A stretch of DNA of 61,125 nt, the filler included, from Sphacelaria rigidula (taxonomy: Eukaryota): the NCBI GenBank assembly GCA_964200075.2. It is 5 parts of 5 records of this genome, joined end to end, with 100 filler letters (N's around TTAATTAATTAA, not from the genome) between each part and the next. Parts side by side here need not be neighbours in the genome. Positions count along the whole stretch, not along the records: positions 36,740 to 48,883 come from CAXNAA020004083.1; positions 48,984 to 61,125 come from CAXNAA020004084.1; 3 more parts are not named here. One strand, given 5' to 3'. Position numbers and translations under genes: made by a program. Below the pieces are notes generated by a model. It was not told the DNA's origin. It saw nothing but the letters and a program-made list of their open reading frames with translations, and did not search any database. This document shows, one piece after another, positions 38,117-49,399 of the stretch (position 1 is its first letter; each line of letters begins with the position of its first letter).

Positions 38117-40630
38117 TTACACCCACGCTCCCTCAAGCTCGGACCCTGTCGGGTTTAGAGACGGCTCCCACAGAACGCTCCCGTCAGCCGTTTCGACGGC
38201 AATTCGTCCCTCTGGGGAAGCCACCAACTCTGACTCTCGGATTTCCCGCCCGGTCTTACTCAACATGGAGACAGATGTCTTCCAGTATCCCTTGGGCTTC
38301 GGTGTCTGGTACAGGATCTCGGTCTTTTCGGTCTTCCTCTTTCTCCAGCCCAAGAAGCCGCCGCGTGACTTGGCGTGAGGTGTCGTGCCCGCTAGGGTCA
38401 TCCGTCCCTTGTCCATGTAGAGCTGGTTTGGACGGAGATGGGGGACACGGGAGCCATGCGTCGGAACGGGGGAAAAGGATGGTGGATCAGGGCTCACGGT
38501 GATGCCTTGTGTGGTGTACGATATACGGGACTTTCCTATGTATTGCATCATGTGGTTCGGAATCTTAACGGGTACGAACATCGGCGATTATTTCATTATT
38601 TTCATCTTGTTTCTGGCGTTGCTACGTGGAAGCGGCCGTTTCTGAGTACACGTATCGATGGTTTGTAGAGACGATTGATCAATTGTCGTTCATGGAGTGA
38701 TCCACTACGAATCAAGCCATGGTGACAAAGGTAGACGCACCCCGAAGATGAGCACGTGGTGGGGACGTTAGCACAAGAGAGGTTGGAAGGAAGAAATAAA
38801 CGAGAGCTAGACGAGGAAATAATACGGCACAAAAACGACGAGGAGGGGAAGGGCATAGAAGAGAGAAGAGAAAAAGCGGCACAAGACAAACGCCGAGGAA
38901 AGAGTCGATATCCAAACGGGCAAGAACGAGACTCGAGGGAGAACGAGATGTATCGATTTTACTGGAGTACATCGTCATGGTCTCGATCATGATATTTATC
39001 ACACTTCGAGTCCAAGCTGTACGACGATCCAGCTGGCGGTGGTTCGATATCCCCCCCCCCCCACGGAGTCCATGACACGGTGTCCAGTACTTGATGGCGG
39101 CAAAGTCTCACCTTCATGTCGCTCATCTCCTTTTGAAGGTCGTCATCCATCTCCTTGTCAAGCTGCGTCGGGGCCTGTGCAAAATCCAAACGGACGCCGG
39201 GACAAAATCACACTTCGTTGAGGCAGGGCAGATGAGATGACAGCACGGACTTCCACTTTTTAGAACATCCCACTTACGAAACACGCCGTGAACGAGTCAT
39301 CACCAAGCGTCGAGAACTAGAGCAATCCTTTTGGCCAGCTCTACCACGTGGCGAACACCTCTGTTCAGGTGGATGGCACTCACCACATCCCTTACCAGGG
39401 GCTTGGTGCCGTCGTTCGCGTCGTTCCTTTTTGTTGCCTCACCGCGAGTGAACTTTGCCTTGATTGCTCTGCCCACTCTTCGGTACCAGCGGGACTCTCT
39501 CTTCTTCCTCGTCTCCTCGATGCCATCCACCTGAGCGTTTTAGCAGTAGACAAGGACAGGCAGGGAGAGAACGAGGGAGAGATGATACCACTACCGTACG
39601 AAATTGGTGACATGACAATTGGAATATGTTCGATTCGTTCTCAAGTACTCACGGCAGTTGTTCGAAATCTTGATGTGTGTACGCTCCTGCTAGGAAAACA
39701 CTTGTCTGGAACGGCAATTCAACCGCCCCGTAATATGGGTAGGGGTGAAATCCAACCGCCATCTCGACCAGCAAGGAGTTCTCGTGGGAGTTTTCGACTC
39801 GCCTGGGTAGGATTGGTGAACACGTGAACGTACTATGGACATGGCTTGGTAGAACTGCGGTATCGTACATGAGAGAGCACATTACTTACTTAAGCATTTG
39901 TGCTATACGTCCGTGCTCAGTGAAATTTCATACAGTGCCCGACATCACGTCCCAGACTCATGCCTGAGACTGCCAAGTCTCTCGGGAACGATGACACTGC
40001 TGGTCAGTAAAACAGCCGGAAAGAGGCTCGAAACGGCTGACGCGCGGGGAGGGGAAGAAAATACAGTTGCCTTCATGTGTTCACCAGAAAGTGTCGAGAT
40101 AACGCTGTAGGTCATATTCTCTCCTTATCCGTGGACGACGACAGCGTGGCCGAGGTAGCGGTGGGAAGCAGGCACGTGTATTCCCCAATAGTTCGGAGGC
40201 GTTTCGAACCTGCGGTGATGCGTTCAACCTTGATATGCACTCCGATGGGTGTGAGGCAATGCAGCTCTGGGTCCAGTACTGCCACGCGGAAATAAATACC
40301 ACTTCGACATTTTACGGGAGTGTGATTCCGGCAAACAAGAATGCTCAAGACCATCCACGGCGTTGCAAATCAAGATCGCCCGATCCCACCTCCCGCTCCC
40401 CCTGCAAAAACCACGGACGGTCTCACCTCCCACAGAATCATCTCCAACGCGCTCGGTTCGTACCCGGTGGTGATTCGAACCTTTCCAGACTCGGATAACG
40501 ACAGGCAGATCCCCTCGGGGCGAGAGGGCGATGCTGGTGAAGGCGAGGCGGCGGTGCAAGCATAGCTCAGGTATTGGCCGGGCAGCAACGGTGGGTCTCC
40601 GGGGCCCAGCCTAGAAAGCACGGCGCAGAC
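38117..40630 (-). CDS. Protein with bulb-type (B) lectin-like beta-prism motifs, 3' exons
   Basis: Phase-0 exons 40630-40427 (LLPGQYLS...ICLSLSESGKVRI...ILWE), 39530-39396, 39174-39112 and terminal 38422-38117 (LYMDKGRMTL...ILYQT...LVASPEGRIAVETADGSVLWE). Three L-x-G-x-hydrophobic...LW/LY units resemble B-lectin subdomains; the QxDxNxVxY sugar motif is absent. Confidence 0.6.
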
Positions 40631-41448
40631 CTGCGGAAATATGTACCATAAATAAATCAAAGGAAAAGCTATCCATGTCAAGCGCCATGTTCCATACAAG
40701 TAACGAACGTCCGGTAGTACAGGGTACGCTTGTTGAACCCAGGCCAATAATAATATCTTGTCAGCGCTGTTTTGGTCTACCGTATCCTGAAACGAGGCAG
40801 GGCGAGCTTGGGGGCAGTGGGTCGTGGGGGTATACACAGGAAATGCTGCAGCAAGGAAAGCACAGACAATATTTTCTGTAGCTTGTCGCCAAATATCCAT
40901 CGGTGATAGCTGCACCACTAGTCGTAAGTACAGCGTACCCCGACCCGATTCATCCTACTCCTACAGATTGTGTCACACGAAGTCAGCATAATGTCACGAT
41001 ATTTTTCAAATTGAGGGTGGATGTACTTGTTGAGGATAAACCCCGAGGATATTCATGAACATCGACATATTTTCGCAAGAAACGGGCAAGTGCACACTCT
41101 CCGGCCGTGATGCGTGGCCTTGCTCATCCTCCAAACAACATCCTCCCGCAGTTTCTGAAATTCGTGTTTTTTTCCGAACAATTTTCGACCTCTGTTCATT
41201 TCCGTAAAAACTCTGTTCTTGTTTGTCAGAGTGTCCTGTTGACACGTGATTTCACAAATCGCTAAAAGCCCGGATAGATTTTGCTTTCAGGATGAGAGAG
41301 GTCAGAGATCACGGCAGGATAGTGCATTTTCATTTTGTTCTCAACAATATTTCGATGTTCATGAAGTTCCCAAGGTTCTTCCTCAAAAGAGGATTCATCC
41401 TCAGACCAGCTCTCATGTGTCACACAAAAAGAGTCCCGCTGAAATCAG

Positions 41449-41831
41449 CCTTTTGGGCCCTTCTTCGTCGTTTTACGCCGGAGAAAAGGGCTGGACGGGT
41501 GTTGACATCTTGGGATGACTTGCTCTACTCGTTAAGGCGTTCCACGGCAACTTTGCGTTTCCCGCTGGCCGTAGTTTGATTTTTGGCCAGACTTGCAAAT
41601 TCAGTCACAGACGGTCAAGCGATGAAAAAACAGGTGGAATGCCGCCAGTTGTTTGATCACTTTGCCGTTTATTATTGAAAATGGAAATTTGGCGAGAACA
41701 AAAACTGCGGCAAGCGGGAAACGCAGAACTGCCCTGGAGTGCTCTCAACAAGTAGAGCAAATCATTGTAAGGTGTCAACACCCGCGTAGCCCTTTTTTCG
41801 AGCGTGAAGCGACGGAGAAGGGCCCAAAAGG
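41449..41831. mobile_element. Diverged foldback element
   Basis: Arms CCTTTTGGGCCCTTCTTCGTCG...GCGTTTCCCGCT and AGCGGGAAACGC...CGACGGAGAAGGGCCCAAAAGG are inverted copies of about 140 bp. Confidence 0.75.
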
Positions 41832-42194
41832 CAATTTTCATCAGAAGTTTTTTCGTGGACAAAGGAACGTTGGTCTCAGTTTGTGAAATCCCTTGACTCA
41901 TGCACACACGTATTTTCCGTACATGAATGATTGAAAACATGTCCATTACGTCACGTTCATGGTAGGGTATTTGACGTTTTTTTTAGCTAGGTTCTTTCGC
42001 TTTCCACCACTCACCACATAAGGAGTCTGAAGATACTAGTATCCGCTCCGTATTCTAAGAAAAAATACGATTTGTATTCAATATATTTTTTGTCTTCCCC
42101 TTGTTGAAAAAAATAATTATATTTACATTTGTAATTACATTCGAATCCCCTGGATCGTTTCTTGCGCTCCGCTTTCTTTATTCGAAGCGATTGC

Positions 42195-42388
42195 GGAGCC
42201 TAGTCCACTTTTCCGATTCGCTTGGGTCAGAGATTTCGAGAGCAGCCTCTGGACAAAAATACGAGGAAAACATATGTTGCACAGTCTGTAGGTATTTTCA
42301 GGTGAATATATGTTTTCCTCTTATTTTTGTCCAGAGGCCGCTCTCGAAATCTCTGACCCAAGCGAATCGGAAAAGTGGGCTAGGCTCC
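42195..42388. repeat. About 80-bp near-perfect inverted repeat inside a dispersed repeat
   Basis: GGAGCCTAGTCCACTTTTCCGATTCGCTTGGGTCAGAGATTTCGAGAG... pairs with ...CTCTCGAAATCTCTGACCCAAGCGAATCGGAAAAGTGGGCTAGGCTCC. The right arm and downstream sequence also occur at about 12360-12510. Confidence 0.85.
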
Positions 42389-45300
42389 TCTCGGTGGGGT
42401 GATACAAAGTGTCCAAGACGTGCGGTAGCGATATTCCTTGTTTGGGGGTCAAAAACCTTGTCAAATGCCCTAAAAGTGGAAAATACGAACCGGAAGAAAC
42501 GACCTTATATATCTTATATTAGAGAGTTGCGGAAAACAAAAATAGGCCAGAAAAACTTAGGGATAATTATCGTTTGGTTGGATTTTAGTAAGAAGACGCA
42601 AACTATCCCCGAGTTTTTGGCTCAAAATTTTGTTTTTCGAAACTCTCTAGTCGGGGTTGGGTTGGGATTTGGATTACTGTTTTCTGAACAAGGAAAAAAC
42701 AATTGCGTGCAACGCTGAAAATCATGCACAACAGTGCAACAACAGTAGTACAAGTGGTACATGAGTGACTCGCGGGCTGACTGCCCATCGAGGGCCCTGC
42801 CACTTCTCATCTACAGATTCCGACTCTTCGGTATTTTCGGTCGATCGAGCCTGTCCCGATCGTATTTGTGAAATAATAAATAGGCTTTTCTTTTGACATT
42901 CTGCCTACTCATCGCGTAGATTCTCAACGCACGTTCAACAATACCCTCCTGATAAACGGGGTATCTACGCGTATCGCCCGGTAACACCAACCGACACGAA
43001 CTTGGACACTGTGTTTTGAGGACGATCTGTTTATTTCACCAATATCTACCGACGCTAGCACTTTCGAGTTCTATCGAAGAGTAGTACGCGAGAAAACCCC
43101 CCAAAAGATCCAAGCTACTTGAATGAGAGGGGTACTATGCAGTGTACTGCACTCCTGAAGACTGTGTAAGCTGGACAACAGGCGGCCATTTTCCCTCCCC
43201 TTCTTTGAACTTTGGAAAAAACATACGAACATGTACATCGTTTCAGTTTCACCCTTCGGTCGCAGTCCGTTCACTGCCATGCATACAGAAACTTCGCCAC
43301 AGCCTCGATCTACCTCTTGGTCGTGACTCAAGTCGGCGCTGCCCGCTTGGAAGGGAGGTCTGGTGTTGCCGGGAGAACGGGGGGTCGCGTTATTGTTCAC
43401 CGCGCTGCCTACGAGAAGATAGCCGTTGTTGGTCGTTACTTTGTCGTCGGGTGTTGTATCGGTGGGGCTGTTGCTGCCGCAGCACTCCGTACCCACACGC
43501 GGCGATTCGGCGTCGAGCGATGCTGTAATCGGGGAGCGTACTGGAGTGGGAGCGCTATCGGTGCTGTCACTGTCGGAGTTGTCATCAGCGTCTCCGGCTG
43601 CTGTTCGTGCATGCAACACGTGAGGGGGGGGGTAATAGTGAAGGGCGTCGTGCCGCGGGTTTATTATCCAGCACGACGAGAGTCGTATTTGGTCTGGAGA
43701 GCGTTGGACGCGTGGGTCTGACGGGAATGATTCACCAGGGCTATCGAAGAATTGAACGCAGCAGACACAACGTAAAGGCAGGGGGTAGCAGAAGTCGCCG
43801 TATGCATACCTCTAGATACGTGGATGCAGCAATGATCATGCTTGCAAGACGCAATACTGTACCTTGCACACCCGACGCCGGCTGTGCTGCGCTGGCTAGT
43901 AAGCCACAAGCTTTTCGACTGTACGGTTGTGTGTATCCACACTCGTAGTGGCCGGCCGCGATATCGTGGGGTTAGGGAGAGCTTGTCGCACAATCGACTG
44001 AGATACACAGACGATGTTGACATCGTTCACAAACTCTGTACATGTACAGCACTGTACACGAGAGTGAACAAGATGCGAGACACAAGATACGTGGGTACAC
44101 ATAGAGATACGGGGGATAACACCCCGGGTGTTAAGGAGTGTCATTCATCATGATATCTCGCAACGTAGCTCCATGTTCATGCGTAGCCGAAATTTCAACG
44201 ACAGATAAGCGTACCAGCTTCAAGATTTGTCGAACACTGGCATGTTTAGAACAAAAACATCACTCCCTCTTGAAAACGTTGAATCAAAAGAGGAGATCAT
44301 CGCCGGCGTTGTAGTGCATCGTGACCGCGGCGACTAGGACCCTGGGGAGCAAGAGACAGGATCCAAGATATGATTTGCTGGATGCCAGGTACCGCTATAC
44401 TGGCGAGATAATCAGGGACACATCCGCGTGCCTGTTGACATGTGCCAGACGGGGAACATCCCCTGAGCCAAATTCCACACCATACGTGCCAAATTGCTGT
44501 ATCTGATTGCGCATATCCAACGAACCCGGGGCCTTGGCACAAAAGAGCTGCAAATGGTAAAAGCGGGGTTGGAACATGCGTTTGAGCCATCTACCGAATG
44601 CTGCCACTGCGATGGGTTGGGAAAAACGTAGTACAGCTGACTGAACCGCTTTGGTGGGCAACCCTCCAGATCGAACGCTCATATATGCCATGAAGATTGC
44701 GATCCCTCTAACGGCACAAGATACCCGCTGCGTTTCATCGTACTGCCGGGTGTGTACGGTCAACATCGTACCAACGGAGCAGTATACTGCTGTTGTGCTG
44801 CAATCAACGCCGATGAACCTCACCGTGGGCGTTTGGCGCCTTTCCCCCGTGAGCTTTCTCCCTGCTTTGTACCCTGTCGGCTGTCGCGGTGCGCCGGTTG
44901 CCACCGAGTTTCTTCATAGACGCGCTTTCCGCCAATTTGACCCCAACAGATTCGGCCTTTACTGCAGCTAGGCGATAAGGCCGGAGCAGCGATAACCCTG
45001 TCTTGTCCGTACCCCCGACAACGTCATCCTTGTCTATGCGGGACATCTCAACAAGGGCCGCGTGCAGAGATCCGGGTTGTGTGTCTAGGCCTTCCTGTTT
45101 GTTCTCTACGAACTTTGATCTCTCCTCGAGAATTTTCTCGATGCCCCACACAGGTACACAATCAGTGATGGTGGCGATTACGAAGAAGACCAGGGTCAGC
45201 ATGCCGTGGACAAGCAATGCTTGGATTCTCATTTTCTGTCGTCCTTTGCTGATCACGGTTGTTGCACAAGTACTGGTGGCAGTAATAGCTGGGATCGTAC

Positions 45301-45639
45301 TTCGCGATCCTATGCGAGGAATGGGCGGAGTTCGAAGCTGATGTGTTGAGTGTGTGTGGTTGTGTGGTTGTACGTGACAACATGGACATGTCATGTGTTG
45401 TGTCGTGCGCCTTTAAACCGTCGGGAGGCGTGTTTGTTGATTATATTTCGTCGTCACTTTAGTTTATATTAACGTCTCAGCACTTGTTCGCTTTATACTC
45501 GTACTACAGTATAATTCTTTTGCATCAGTCACTGCGAGACGTGATTGTTGATTGATTGGTTGACTGTGTCGTACATAACGTTATCCGATCCAGACGTGGT
45601 CACATGAAATACGTACAGGGTGTTGGTGATGGTAGGAAC

Positions 45640-45985
45640 AATTTTTTTTGGAACGGGAGGTGTCGGGTGATACACACGACGGTCGAATCGTCCCAAACGA
45701 CCGTCAGCCCCTGAAGAAAGCCGGCGATATGACTGGAACTTTGGCGCAATCAGATTTGAAATCGGTGACGCCTTCCATGAGATACGGCCGCAAATGCGCA
45801 AAACATCTTGTCTCGGTTTTTAGACACATTCCACCCAGTACTGCACTGACCGCATGTCGATTTCAAATCGTTTTGCACCGAAATTCTCGCCAGATCACGG
45901 GCATTCTGGGGGGTGACGGTGGTGTCGGACGATTCGATCATCTTGGTGTCGATCACGAATAAGGTCCCGTTCCGGAGAAAAACAT
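45640..45985. mobile_element. Diverged foldback MITE
   Basis: TTTTTGGAACGGGA / TCCCGTTCCGGAGAAAAA ends, with inner pairs TCGAATCGTCC / GGACGATTCGA and GATTTGAAATCG / CGATTTCAAATC. Confidence 0.6.
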
Positions 45986-46555
45986 AGGGTGAGGGTTCCC
46001 GTCCCGTCCTGTTGTTTTTGTGACTGCACGGGCACGTTTCCGTCGTCCTGTCCCTTTGTTTAGGTTACTACGAGAACATGTTCCCGTCCCGACCCGATCC
46101 TTCGGGAGAAGGTTCCTGGTGCTGTCCCGTCCTCACAGGAAAAACCCGGGTATATTTCATGGGAATTCTTCTTCAATATAAAAGAACTCGAGTACATCTA
46201 ACAAATCAAAATGTTTTCGTGGGATTGAGAATCTGGGATACGATTGAGAGTGAAAAGCTGTCAGTTAATGTACGAAACCGTTTCAGTCCCGAAATACCCC
46301 TCCAGTCCACGTGACCCGGCACACCTTTTGTAGTAGCTTGCCACTTGAGTCTTTGCTATCCCTGAGTAGGATATCGAGGTGCAGGTGTAAGCACACGACA
46401 TTGCCACGGGAACATAAAAGCACCCAGCAAAAGAAAACATGGTCAAGATAGAGCGAATAAGAGAAGTCGCTGTCAATTAACGTTAACTCTCAATATCACG
46501 AAATATTGTTATATGTGTGATGTGTGCACATGGTCTTCATTCTAGTTATTTTTAG

Positions 46556-47988
46556 CAGGGTTGCATATCGGACCGAGAATAAAGTTCGATACGGCATTTT
46601 TATAATATTGACCCATAACCCCCGATACCGATATTCTTGTCGATATTCCGAAAATGACACTACACGTATCGATATTCGATACGATACGGCTGTTTTGGAA
46701 TGACCGCACTGTACAAGACCGAGCAGTAGTACACTGACACACTGACACCCTCACTCACTATTGTGGGTTGCAGAAGGTACCACATCCCCTAGACGGATTT
46801 TGAAAGCTCACTTAATCCTCCCCAGAAGCGATGCCAGGGTTGAACTGGGCGGCGTTGCAACCATCTCGCCGAGAGAAAGTAATCGAGCTTTGGAAATCGC
46901 TCCTGAGAGTGTGGTATCTCAAGCAACCTACGGTAGTTTCCATTGGATAGGAGTGGAAACATGATATACAGCAGCGGGTAGTGTGTAAAATGACGCCATA
47001 GCAGCGGCAGCATACGGTGACGCAGCTGTCTACTGAACATATTTCGTCATCATGCAAGAGGTAGTTGATCACAGCGGGCCGGGTGTGGTATTGGTTACAC
47101 TGTTTTCATTTTTATGGCCACTATTCTGTGTGTTTCGATCGAATCAGCGCATACCTCGACTCTGCACATTCATTAGAAATAAAAAGTTTCAAATCTCGAA
47201 AATGCAAAAACTCAAATGCGCGCTCTTTTTTTCAACACTACCAATAACAGGAAACATCGGCAGCATGCGTCAAATTTTGGTTTTTGGATGCCAAGCAATA
47301 TAAATTTGGATGTCACCAACCAAGAAGAAATAACCATGACGCTTGCAACAATTGGAATGTTCAGACTCATGGATGGAGGGGAAAATAAATCTAACACTCG
47401 TCGAACATCAAGGAAAGGCGAAGCGACACTACCACCTCCTCATACTCCGAAGGACAGCTGTTTTCTACTGCTATCTGCACCTTTGCAGTGATCGTGACCT
47501 CATATTTGCTCCGCCCCACCACCGGTATGTTGCCGTTTTTAAACACCCCCGCTGAATCAAATCACCAAACCCACGAGGCACCAGCGGTTACTCTGTCGCC
47601 TCCTATCCTACGAATGGATACTGCATCCATTTGCACACCGTGCAACCGCTCTACAGCTATATTCGTGGTGTGTGGTGTGTGCTGGCGACCTTGTAGAGTG
47701 GTGGGGGGTGGGACCGAATCAAGTGGGGGTCTACCGTTCGGGAAGTATTACAGCCCCCTACATTTCGGGAAGTATTACCGCCCCTACATTTCCTGTGACG
47801 ATGGTTTCGAGAGATTGAGCGAATGTGACGAAAAATAGGCCAAATGTCGAGCGTATCCATATTCGATATTGATATTTGAAATTTATACGTATCCCATATA
47901 TCGGTTATCTAAGCTACGATACGGCTACTGCGTATCGCCGATACTTATCGAAATCGTGTCGATTATCGAAATCCGATGTGCAACCCTG
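46556..47988. mobile_element. Non-autonomous hAT-like element
   Basis: TIR CAGGGTTGCATATCGGA / TCCGATGTGCAACCCTG. Identical 8-bp TSD ATTTTTAG (46548-46555, 47989-47996). CGATA-rich subterminal repeats at both ends. Confidence 0.88.
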
Positions 47989-48883
47989 ATTTTTAGACCC
48001 TGGCCCCTTCCATGGCTGATTCTCCACTTATATTCAACACGAAAGGATGAACGGTCACAACTGCCGTAACCAGGGTTTGTGACTGGACTTTAGTATGGGA
48101 CCGTTTTCCCGGCGCGATCGTGAGTTGATCCAAGTGCTGTTGTCGAATGTTGTACCCCAGAAGCGATGACTATTTCTTCATGAAAATATCAAAGTATGGC
48201 TGCAAAAAATTGTGTCCTCATTGCGCTTATCTCCGTGAGTTTATAGGTGTTGCCGTGACGACAGGACGGGATGCGACGGGATGCGACGGGAGCTCCGTCC
48301 CGTCCCGTCCCGTCAGTCCACAGAAATTCTCATGCCGTTCGATTATTGCTTTTTAGCGGCTGGGAACCGTGCCCGTTCTGTTGCTTTTTTGCGACGGGAA
48401 TACGGACACGTCTGTTCCGAAGTCCGGTGAGGAGCCCTAATTGTTTCTGCCGCCTACCTGGAGATATAAACCAGGTCTACTACTGCTGAACGCGAACCGT
48501 AGGTTCCCGAAAGCATCGACAATGAATCGGCCTAATGGGTAGACCCCACGTCCAAGAGTAAAGACGCGATGCTGAAGCAGTCGTTTAGCATGTCCTCCAA
48601 AGCCCAGAAAGTCGAAGGCCGGACCTCCACTCATCTGCAGCAAGCTTTTCATGTAAGTTTGTTTTGTTTAAAGGACCGAACCCGCATAATACAGGCAGCA
48701 GAAAGACTGCATCGGCCTCACCGATGTTTACGATATATTTTCGAAATCAGAGATGACGATAAATTGTGAGGGACTTCTACGAGTTATCGTCGTCCTATTC
48801 CTGACTGGACGATTGTGTTTCAATTGATAGAGAGGGTGTGGGGGCGGGGGGGGGCGGGGGCGTACTCATTTGCTGCTTACCTT

Positions 48884-48983
48884 NNNNNNNNNNNNNNNNN
48901 NNNNNNNNNNNNNNNNNNNNNNNNNNNTTAATTAATTAANNNNNNNNNNNNNNNNNNNNNNNNNNNNNNNNNNNNNNNNNNNN
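48884..48983. other. Artificial contig spacer
   Basis: 44 N + TTAATTAATTAA + 44 N. Confidence 0.98.
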
Positions 48984-49399
48984 GGCCCGAAGCCTACTGA
49001 TTATCTTGCGTTTGGATGGCAGCCAACAATGACTTGCTTTATTTTGTGGTATCGGCACTTCCAGAGACAGTCACAGCTTTTACACTGCCTCATGGGTTTC
49101 GAACCAATATAATCTCAGCACAAGGGATCGAAGAGGAGTGATGGTATACGATAGGGGTTGCACGTTTCTAGCGAAAAGGTTTCCAGGGCTGCTCGGGGTG
49201 TTGGGCGGGTCATTTTGAGAATCGGCATCATTGTTACTTGAAAAACACTGAAAATGATGCCGATTCTCGAAAAGTCCCTTTGCATACAAACACCATGTTT
49301 TGGGGAGTCCGGTCCCCGGAGGTTTGGGTTGCACAGTAAGATCCATATGTTCGGGCTCCTACAAAAAAGAGACCCAGAAACAACAAGTAATAAATCAAC

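Noticed and set aside
42101..42718. 205-aa ORF
   Set aside because: Runs through an inverted repeat and a dispersed repeat also present near 12360; no protein-like motif.
43071..45394. Minus-strand ORFs as a host gene or intact retrotransposon gag
   Set aside because: Fragmented frames with only faint resemblance to retroelement debris; no motif strong enough to call.
48581..48651. Isolated exon-like segment SFSMSSKAQKVEGRTSTHLQQAFH
   Set aside because: Good splice signals, but no partner exons or recognisable homology before the contig ends.
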